Shown one piece after another: positions 30,460 through 38,171 of a stretch of 64,000 nt of DNA. The notes under the pieces were generated by a model, which saw only the letters and a program-made list of their open reading frames with translations, made no database searches and was not told the DNA's origin. The stretch comes from Cellvibrionaceae bacterium (GTDB lineage Bacteria > Pseudomonadota > Gammaproteobacteria > Pseudomonadales > Cellvibrionaceae). The stretch lies in the NCBI GenBank assembly GCA_047629215.1, contig JBLHWO010000001.1, positions 603 to 64,602 of the forward strand, written 5' to 3'. The translations under genes were made by a program, and so were the position numbers. Each line of letters starts with the position of its first letter. The first letter of the stretch is position 1.

Positions 30460-31425
30460 ATGAAAATAAATACACTTTTATCCGCAGTATTAGGCTTAAC
30501 ACTTTCAGCTCATACGTTCGCTGAAAAATGGGATATGCCAACACCTTATGGTGATGGTAATCATCCTACTCAAGTAGCGAAACAATTTGCTGATGAAGTG
30601 AGTGGAAAAGCAGGAGACAAGTTAACTATTAAAGTTCACTCCGGTGGCTCTTTAATCAAGCATCCAGAAATTCACCGCGCTGTTAAATCTCGACAAGTAC
30701 AGTTAGGTGAGGTATTTATTGGTCGCTTAGGAAACAACGATCCTATTTTTAAGTTAGACAATATTCCTTTTCTTGCAACGGATTTTGATTCAGCTGAAAA
30801 ATTATATGCCGCATCAAAAGATGAAATTAGCAAGCAGTTAGATAAAGATGGCTTAATGTTGTTATACACTGTGCCTTGGCCTGCACAAGACCTATACAGT
30901 AATAAACCAGTTAACAGCCTAGCTGATTTAAAAGGCGCAAAAATGCGTGCTTATAGCCCAACAACATCACGACTAGCCGATTTAATGGGCACAACGCCGG
31001 TTAATGTTCCATTTAGCGATGTCGCTCAAGCATTCACTACGAGTGTTATCGATTCGATGATTACATCGCCAAGTACTGGCGTGAATAATCAAAGCTGGGA
31101 TTATATCGCTCACTTCACTACAGTGAGCGCTTGGATCCCTAAAAATATGGTTTTCGTTAATAAGAAAGTCTTCAAAAAACTAGATAAGGAAACTCAGGAT
31201 ATCGTTTTAGCCGCAGCTGCAAATGCAGAAAAAGCAGGTTGGGACTTAGGGCGTAAACTTGCAGTTGAGCATACTACTATTTTACGTGAAAATGGCATGA
31301 ATGTTTCAGCGCCTAGTGAAAAACTCCAGTCAGAACTACAGGCGATAGGTGCAACCATGATTAAAGAGTGGTTAGCCGAATCAGGTGAAACTGGATCAGC
31401 CATTATTGATCAATACAATAAATAG
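30460..31425 (+). CDS. TRAP transporter substrate-binding protein (DctP family)
   Basis: 321 aa with a signal peptide. DctP-like features are present, and dctQ and dctM follow. Confidence 0.85.
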   Translation: MKINTLLSAVLGLTLSAHTFAEKWDMPTPYGDGNHPTQVAKQFADEVSGKAGDKLTIKVHSGGSLIKHPEIHRAVKSRQVQLGEVFIGRLGNNDPIFKLDNIPFLATDFDSAEKLYAASKDEISKQLDKDGLMLLYTVPWPAQDLYSNKPVNSLADLKGAKMRAYSPTTSRLADLMGTTPVNVPFSDVAQAFTTSVIDSMITSPSTGVNNQSWDYIAHFTTVSAWIPKNMVFVNKKVFKKLDKETQDIVLAAAANAEKAGWDLGRKLAVEHTTILRENGMNVSAPSEKLQSELQAIGATMIKEWLAESGETGSAIIDQYNK

Positions 31426-31556
31426 CTGGATTGTCTAGAAAGTGCGTTTATGGTGCGCTTTGTATTTGAGAAACCCCAACTGTTAAGCAAACAATACTTA
31501 ATATACACCGAAGTTTTTTTGTAGTTAAATTAGGTAAGCTATAGCAGTACCTTTAC

Positions 31557-31655
31557 TATACCCCTGATGTTTGAGATTTAAGTGTTTTAACTCAGTCCGT
31601 TATTCCTGAGAAGGCGGGAATGACGAATTACTCAAATTTCAAACGCTACGGGTAT
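31557..31655. repeat. 99-bp inverted-repeat element between dctP and dctQ
   Basis: The arms are TATACCCCTGATGTTTGAGATTTAAG and CTCAAATTTCAAACGCTACGGGTATA. There is an inner hairpin CGTTATTCC...GGGAATGACG. Confidence 0.5.
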
Positions 31656-31731
31656 ATCTATCTGCGTCGGTGTTTCTACTATCCAGTCTTTTGGCATTCT
31701 CTTAACCACATCGAAGATAAAAGAAAACGGT

Positions 31732-32253
31732 ATGAAAAAAATAAGAACAGTTTTTTATAACTTATCTGCATGGGGCTCGGGTCTTTGCCTTATAGCGATG
31801 ACTTCATTAATACTGGCACAAATTGTCGCACGTTTTAGCGGTGTTGTTATTCCATCATCAGAAGATTTTGCTGGCTGGTTATTATCAGCAACGATCTTTT
31901 TTGGTTTGGCATATACCTTCAATGTTGGAGGGCACATCAGAGTCACTATTTTATTGAGCCGCTTACCTGCTAAGGCTCAGAGTGTTATGGAATTTGTTAA
32001 TTTATTAGTTGCCTTAGCTATAACAGCTTATTTAGCATACTACACCGCTTATACTGTTTATGAGTCTTTTGTTTATGAAGAAGTGACCGATACTTATTTA
32101 GCTGTGTCTCTCGGGTTTATTCAATTACCTATGGCGATAGGCTCATTATTTTTATTTTTGTCCGTTCTAGATAGTTTTATCACTATGCTAATGGGTGAAA
32201 CGCCTAACTATATTACCCATGAAAACGAACTGGAATTGCTGTCGGAGAAGTAG
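31732..32253 (+). CDS. TRAP transporter small permease (DctQ)
   Basis: 173 aa with four TM segments, immediately upstream of dctM (2-nt gap). Confidence 0.85.
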   Translation: MKKIRTVFYNLSAWGSGLCLIAMTSLILAQIVARFSGVVIPSSEDFAGWLLSATIFFGLAYTFNVGGHIRVTILLSRLPAKAQSVMEFVNLLVALAITAYLAYYTAYTVYESFVYEEVTDTYLAVSLGFIQLPMAIGSLFLFLSVLDSFITMLMGETPNYITHENELELLSEK

Positions 32254-32255
32254 GA

Positions 32256-33563
32256 ATGGATGTTTCAATCATAGGTTTAATTTTAGTTGTGGTAATGTTG
32301 TTGATGTTAATCAGTGGCATTTGGATCTCTCTTACGCTAACAGGCTTGGCCGTCATTGGCTTAGCTTTAATTGAAAATAGCAGCATTGGTTTGTTATTGG
32401 GAACGTCATCGTGGAGTGCCACAACAGGGTGGTCTTTAACGGCCTTACCCTTATTTATATGGATGGGTGAGATATTATTTCGTACCCGTCTATCTGAAGA
32501 TTTGTTTCAAGGTTTATCACCTATATTGGCAAAGTTACCGGGTAAATTATTGCATGTAAATATTTTAAGTTGCGGTATTTTTGCAGCAGTATCCGGTTCG
32601 TCTGCTGCAACGGCAGCAACGATTGGTCGCATGACCTTGCCTGAGCTATCGCGACGAGGCTATGACGATAGTATGGCGATAGGAACCTTGGCTGGTTCGG
32701 GCACATTAGGATTATTAATTCCGCCTTCGATAATATTAATTGTTTATGGTGTGGCGGCAGAGGTCTCTATCGCGCGTTTATTTTTGGCGGGTGCATTGCC
32801 GGGAATTTTATTGGTCGGTATGTTTATGTTTTATACAATTGGCTGGTCTTTATTGAAAAGAACAGCAACTCATACAGAAGACGATGTGACTTACAGCTTT
32901 AGAGAAAAAATTATAGCATTAAAAAAACTATTTCCGATTGCCTTACTTATTGGTTGTGTGTTGGGCTCTATCTATCAAGGCATTGCAACACCTACAGAAG
33001 CAGCTGCCTTTGGTGTGTTGGGGGCGCTATTATTATCAGTTATTACAGGTGGTTTCACTTTATCTGGTTTTAGCAACAGTGTATTGGGGGCGGTAAAAAG
33101 CTCTTGTATGCTGGGTTTAATTATAGTTGGAGCTCACTTCTTAAGTTTGGCAATGGGCTTTGTCGGTATTCCCAATACGCTTGCCGAATGGATAGCGGAG
33201 CAAGGCTTGTCATCAATAGAATTGATTATCTATCTCACTGTGTTTTTTGTTATCTTAGGTTGCTTTTTAGATGGTATTTCTGTTGTCGTGCTAACGACTT
33301 CTGTTGTATTGCCTATGGTTCAGCAATCCGGTATAGACTTAATTTGGTTTGGTATATTTCTAGTGCTTGTCGTCGAGATGTCTCAAATTACCCCGCCTGT
33401 AGGTTTTAATCTGTTTGTAATTCAGTCACTGACAGGTAAAAATATCCTATACATCGCAAAAGCTGCCTTGCCGTTTTTTGCGATGATAGGTATGGCTATT
33501 GTTATTATTACGATCTTTCCTGATGTTGCATTATATTTGCCAACATTAATGACAAAAAATTAA
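32256..33563 (+). CDS. TRAP transporter large permease (DctM)
   Basis: 435 aa polytopic protein with the typical DctM pattern (SGSSAATAATIG, GTLGLLIPPS). Confidence 0.92.
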   Translation: MDVSIIGLILVVVMLLMLISGIWISLTLTGLAVIGLALIENSSIGLLLGTSSWSATTGWSLTALPLFIWMGEILFRTRLSEDLFQGLSPILAKLPGKLLHVNILSCGIFAAVSGSSAATAATIGRMTLPELSRRGYDDSMAIGTLAGSGTLGLLIPPSIILIVYGVAAEVSIARLFLAGALPGILLVGMFMFYTIGWSLLKRTATHTEDDVTYSFREKIIALKKLFPIALLIGCVLGSIYQGIATPTEAAAFGVLGALLLSVITGGFTLSGFSNSVLGAVKSSCMLGLIIVGAHFLSLAMGFVGIPNTLAEWIAEQGLSSIELIIYLTVFFVILGCFLDGISVVVLTTSVVLPMVQQSGIDLIWFGIFLVLVVEMSQITPPVGFNLFVIQSLTGKNILYIAKAALPFFAMIGMAIVIITIFPDVALYLPTLMTKN

Positions 33564-33568
33564 ACGGT

Positions 33569-34318
33569 ATGATGAAATTAAACTGTGATGTGGCCGAAGG
33601 CTTTGGGTCTTGGTCTATGGGTCCGGATAGTGATGTTATGCCATACATCGATATGGCGAATATTGCTTGTGGTTTCCATGCCTCTGATCCTTTTATTATG
33701 GCGAAAACAGTACGCTTGGCAAAACAACAGGGCGTTAGTGTGGGGGCTCACCCAGGTTACCCCGATCTATTGGGTTTTGGTCGACGCGATATTGTTTTTT
33801 CCCACCAAGAAATTACTGAGCTATTACAATATCAAATAGGAGCACTGCAGGCGATTTGTCGAGCCCAAGGCATGGTAGTCGACTACGTTAAGCCACATGG
33901 TGCACTCTATAATCTAATGATGCGTGATGAGCAAGTGCTCTTAACAATCATGAAGGCCGTTGCGGCGTTATCTGCAGATACTGATGCTAAAATATTACCG
34001 TTAATGGTACTTGCGAATAATAAATCCCACGAGATTAAACAACAGGCGGAGAAAATAGGCCTTTCTATTTTACTCGAAGCGTTTTGTGACCGAGCCTATA
34101 ATGATGATGGTAGCCTTGTCCCTAGAGCGGTAGAGGGAGCTGTTCTGGATGACGCGTCAATAGAGAAACGCATTAGTGAGCTAGTTAATGAAAAAATAAT
34201 TACTACCGTATCGGGCAAAAAAATACCCATTCATGCGGATACAATTTGTTTTCACGGCGACTCTCAGCATGCTTTAAAAGCGGTTAGGAAAATCAAGTCG
34301 TTGATTCACCAAGATTAA
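33569..34318 (+). CDS. pxpA: 5-oxoprolinase subunit A (PxpA, LamB/YcsF family)
   Basis: 249 aa. LNCDVAEGFG, ANIACGFHASDP and GAHPGYPDLLGFGRR are present. Confidence 0.88.
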   Translation: MMKLNCDVAEGFGSWSMGPDSDVMPYIDMANIACGFHASDPFIMAKTVRLAKQQGVSVGAHPGYPDLLGFGRRDIVFSHQEITELLQYQIGALQAICRAQGMVVDYVKPHGALYNLMMRDEQVLLTIMKAVAALSADTDAKILPLMVLANNKSHEIKQQAEKIGLSILLEAFCDRAYNDDGSLVPRAVEGAVLDDASIEKRISELVNEKIITTVSGKKIPIHADTICFHGDSQHALKAVRKIKSLIHQD

Positions 34319-34355
34319 CCTTACTATTATTATCTTAACCCAACTTTAAGCATAA

Positions 34356-34608
34356 GGATCCTCTAATTAAGTCATGGATTATTTTTTGATGGTTAAAACC
34401 ACCGGCTTTTTCGTTGCCTACATAGATGTAGGTAATTAGCGTGAGCTGGAGCGGAAGCTATTGATGATTTCGCCAATAGCTCGCTATTGCCTTCACGAGG
34501 TAGGTAAGGTGCGCGAGGCAGGAGCCGGAAGCTTTACCTTCAATTACCGTCTCAAATCCAGCGGTTTTACCTCACCAAAAATCTAACCCAGACTTAATCA
34601 GAGGCTCC
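34356..34608. mobile_element. MITE-like element (253 bp) inserted between pxpA and pxpB
   Basis: The TIRs are GGATCCTCTAATTAAGTCATGG and CCCAGACTTAATCAGAGGCTCC (19 of 22 match). ATAA lies on both flanks (34352-34355 and 34609-34612). The internal segment GTAGGTAATTAGCGTGAGCTGGAGCGGAAGCT resembles 51675-51706. Confidence 0.7.
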
Positions 34609-34617
34609 ATAAAAATC

Positions 34618-35301
34618 ATGACGTTAGTCTCGTTATCTGAAAATACAATCTTAGTATTGTTTGAGCAAAAAATTGCACATGATATCTTTAATCAGGTGAA
34701 AGAAGGTGCGTATAAAGTAGAGTCGCTATTATCGGACTATATTATTGATATAATTCCTTCTTATGCTTCAATTCATATCAATTTCAATTTGACCAAGCTG
34801 ACCCATACTCAATTTAAAACACTATTGGAGTCAGTGCTTAATACTAATAGCGTTTCAACAGCAGCGTTAGACAGTGAAAAAATAATTACTATTCCTGTTT
34901 ACTATGGACCTGAAGTAGCGCTTGATATTGAGTTGATTGCTGCCAGAGCCAGCTTATCAATAGATGCAGTCATCGATATTCATTCAAGTACAATTTACGA
35001 TGTATACGCCATTGGCTTTGCTCCAGGCTTTGCTTATTTGGGTAACGTAGATAAACGCATCGCTATCCCACGAAAAGAAACCCCCCGTAAAAAAATTGCT
35101 AAAGGTAGTTTAGGTATAGCAGACCAACAAGCGGCAGTTTATCCGGCAGAATCACCTGGTGGCTGGCAAATTATCGGCAAAACACCTGTTGTACTCATAG
35201 ACTACAGTAGTGAACGATTAACTCAATTTGAGGTGGGTAATAAAGTTAAATTTTTACCTGTTGATCGTGAAGCCTTTATAGGGCTAGGCGGTGTGATCTA
35301 A
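34618..35301 (+). CDS. pxpB: 5-oxoprolinase subunit B (PxpB, KipI/allophanate hydrolase subunit 1 family)
   Basis: 227 aa. GFAPGFAYLG and YPAESPGGWQIIGKTP are present. Confidence 0.85.
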   Translation: MTLVSLSENTILVLFEQKIAHDIFNQVKEGAYKVESLLSDYIIDIIPSYASIHINFNLTKLTHTQFKTLLESVLNTNSVSTAALDSEKIITIPVYYGPEVALDIELIAARASLSIDAVIDIHSSTIYDVYAIGFAPGFAYLGNVDKRIAIPRKETPRKKIAKGSLGIADQQAAVYPAESPGGWQIIGKTPVVLIDYSSERLTQFEVGNKVKFLPVDREAFIGLGGVI

Positions 35302-36227
35302 TGTCCCTAAGTATTTTAAATGGTGGTTTTTTAACATTAATCCAAGATTTTGGGCGTTATGGTTTACAACACAATGGCATTACTCACAGTGGTCCTTTAG
35401 ATGAACATGCTTTTTTATGGGCTAATCGGTTACTGAATAATCACTATAATTCACCCCAGTTAGAAATTAGTTTTGGCGGTTTTACTGCTCGTTTCAATAA
35501 AAAAACGATGATCGCTATCTGTGGAGCTGATTTGTCAGCAACGTTGAACGGTAAAGCTTTACCTTTATGGCAGTCATGCTATGTCAATGCGGGAGATGAA
35601 ATAAGGTTTACATCACCAAAGTCAGGTTTACGCACGTATCTTGCTGTTAAAGAGGGTTTTACGGTTCCATCACAGCTAAATAGTGCAGCAACTGTCGTAC
35701 GAGAAAAGTTGGGCGGCCTTCGTCAAAGTGGCGAAAAGATGCTTGAAAAAGATGTTGTGCCCTACCAAGTATGTTCGGAGGAGATATCTCTTAACGTACC
35801 TTATATCTATATTCCGAAATACCAAAATAAAGTTAAGCTACGCTTTATTCCTAATCGTTCAGTGTCAGGGTGTAGTTATGACGCGACTAATGATTTTACC
35901 CAACAAGTTTTCAAAGTTACTTCACAAATAGATCGTATGGGATATCGTTTAGAGGGTAATGCGATTAGTCATGCTTCGGCAGGTATCATTTCGCAAGGCA
36001 TTACGCTTGGCGCGATACAACTCCCGAAAGACGGACAACCGATCGTGTTGATGAAAGATCGTCAAACTATGGGTGGTTATCCGCAATTAGGTTGCGTCGC
36101 ATATTTAGACTTGCCATTGCTGGCTCAGAGTATGCCGGGTACAGAAGTGTCTTTTGTGCCAGTAGCCATCTCAGATTTAGAGGGTGAATTGGCAGAGCAT
36201 AAACGTTTCTTTCATTTAGATTTATAG
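35301..36227 (+). CDS. pxpC: 5-oxoprolinase subunit C (PxpC, KipA/allophanate hydrolase subunit 2 family)
   Basis: 308 aa. LTLIQDFGRYG, HSGPLDE and TMGGYPQLG are present. The start overlaps the pxpB stop (TAATG). Confidence 0.85.
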   Translation: MSLSILNGGFLTLIQDFGRYGLQHNGITHSGPLDEHAFLWANRLLNNHYNSPQLEISFGGFTARFNKKTMIAICGADLSATLNGKALPLWQSCYVNAGDEIRFTSPKSGLRTYLAVKEGFTVPSQLNSAATVVREKLGGLRQSGEKMLEKDVVPYQVCSEEISLNVPYIYIPKYQNKVKLRFIPNRSVSGCSYDATNDFTQQVFKVTSQIDRMGYRLEGNAISHASAGIISQGITLGAIQLPKDGQPIVLMKDRQTMGGYPQLGCVAYLDLPLLAQSMPGTEVSFVPVAISDLEGELAEHKRFFHLDL

Positions 36228-36230
36228 TAC

Positions 36231-36481
36231 GAGACCTTTGCACGAAGGCCATTTTACTCTCATGCGGGTTTACCCCTCGATTGAGCACCGAGGAAAAACC
36301 TACTCAATCGGTCATTTACCCCGGTGCCGCTTGACGGTATAACGCATAAACTCCCTATTTCCGTACGTTTTCTACGTCACCTTGGGGTCTGCCTTGCCCT
36401 CCATGGAAGGAGGGTACGTCCAAAATGCAGGAGCAATTTTGGAGTGTCTGAAAGTAAAATCATCTTCCGCGCAAAGGTCTC
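36231..36481. mobile_element. MITE-like element, family A (251 bp)
   Basis: The TIRs are GAGACCTTTGCACGAAGG and CTTCCGCGCAAAGGTCTC. AGTAC lies on both flanks (36226-36230 and 36482-36486). The left AGTAC overlaps the pxpC TAG stop. Confidence 0.8.
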
Positions 36482-36504
36482 AGTACTGTAGTGATTGTTT
36501 TTAA

Positions 36505-38037
36505 TTATTTTTTTTGATTAAGTATAGCTTCAACCTTGCTGGCCTCTTTCTTTTCTTCTAGTTGTTTAATCGCCTCGATAACTTCGGTTCTTAAACAATT
36601 ATATTTTATAATTTTCCATAGGCCCATATTCGCTACTTCTTGTAGTGCTGGTAATGCTCTGGGATCTCCCAAGCGTTTTAATTCTTGAATAGACACTTTT
36701 TTGAGTGAGCACTCTTTTAGTTCTCGTAAGTCCCAAATATTTAGTCCTACTTTATCAATTTTGTCAGGGTTACCGGAATCCTTGAGTAAATAGAAGGCAT
36801 CATAACGGCCTTGCAAACCTGATTTTCCACTGCGTTTAGACAATGCAACCATCATCGGTTCGCTCATATAGCGACCAACCAAACGGTTTGCTTTTAAACG
36901 CTGATATTCTAAAAGCCTCACTAAATTAGTAGAGAGTAATTTGTCATTTGCTAAAATCGGGTCTGTTTTAAGTGCGTCAGAGTAGTGGTTAAGGCTTGAT
37001 TCATAATTTTTGTAATGAATGTCAGCATGACCTAAAAGCATCTTAAGGTAGGCACTGTCTGGATAGTCAGATTGATACTCATTGACTAACTCTCTAATTT
37101 CCTGATATTTTTTAGACTTCAGCAACGGCACTGATTTATCTCTGATGACCGCGGTAATATCTAAGGGGAATTCAATTTCGTCTCTTGCGGTAATAGCCGC
37201 TGGCGTATTATAGAGTTCGGGGGAGGGGACTGAGACAATAACGGTATTGTCTGTTTCTTTTGATTCATCTATCGTTGATAATTCTGTTTTTGCCTGAGTA
37301 ATTGCATCAGTATATTCGACTTCAATTTTATCGAGCGCTACACTACTAGGGCCAGGCATGTAAGTCATAGTGGCAAACCAAGTAACAAAAGCAGTAATGA
37401 TTACAGCACAAAAACCAACAAAAATTTTTCCTACTTTAAAACTGGCCCGACCGACAGGGTTAATGTTTTTGTGTGCTCCACCGTAAGGATAGCCGACAAA
37501 AGCGGGGTTTTCTTGTTTATGCTTTTTATGTTTGGCTTGATAAATAGCGATAGGCTGAGGCATACCTTTAAACTGGTGTTTGCCCAAAGCTTTTAATGTA
37601 ACCTCATTTTTATTCATAGAAAGGTAGACAGATTCAGTTAATAGGATCGAACCGGCCGGTGTTTTACTTTCTAGTCTAGAGGCGATATTAACCGCATCAC
37701 CAAAGACATCATTAGATGTTAATTGAACCTCCCCAGCGTTAAGTGCGACTCTGATAACAATTTTGTGGGTTTCTTCTTGATTCTTATTGTATTCCCATAA
37801 CTTATCTTGGATAGCCATTGAGCATAAGACAGAATCTGTAGGCGATCTGAATACGACCAAAAATGAATCGCCTACCGATTTGATGATGCGACCACCAAAT
37901 CGCTTAATGATTTTTTGTAGCATTCTGTCATGATGTTGTAATATAGTTTGGCTTTCTTTTCTGGATAAAGAAGAAACCATTTTCGAAAAGCCGACTATAT
38001 CGGTGAACATAATAGTAAGGTTTTCAATGTCAGACAT
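36505..38037 (-). CDS. Class III adenylate/guanylate cyclase with a central TM helix and a C-terminal TPR/HEAT-like domain
   Basis: 510 aa. The N-terminal CYC domain has FTDIVGFS, GDSFLVVF and GDAVNIASRLE. The TM segment is IFVGFCAVIITAFVTWFATMTY. The C-terminal helical repeats include LGDPRALPALQEV. Confidence 0.8.
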   Translation of the reverse strand: MSDIENLTIMFTDIVGFSKMVSSLSRKESQTILQHHDRMLQKIIKRFGGRIIKSVGDSFLVVFRSPTDSVLCSMAIQDKLWEYNKNQEETHKIVIRVALNAGEVQLTSNDVFGDAVNIASRLESKTPAGSILLTESVYLSMNKNEVTLKALGKHQFKGMPQPIAIYQAKHKKHKQENPAFVGYPYGGAHKNINPVGRASFKVGKIFVGFCAVIITAFVTWFATMTYMPGPSSVALDKIEVEYTDAITQAKTELSTIDESKETDNTVIVSVPSPELYNTPAAITARDEIEFPLDITAVIRDKSVPLLKSKKYQEIRELVNEYQSDYPDSAYLKMLLGHADIHYKNYESSLNHYSDALKTDPILANDKLLSTNLVRLLEYQRLKANRLVGRYMSEPMMVALSKRSGKSGLQGRYDAFYLLKDSGNPDKIDKVGLNIWDLRELKECSLKKVSIQELKRLGDPRALPALQEVANMGLWKIIKYNCLRTEVIEAIKQLEEKKEASKVEAILNQKK

Positions 38038-38171
38038 GGTAGTCGGTTCTAGGTATCGTTGTAATTGGTGAGCGTTGTGTAATTGTTGAGCACTTGGCTC
38101 AGCATGGGATTACGCTATTCTACATGAGAATAAAAAAAGTGAATATGCTGTAGAGCAATTAATTTTTTGGT

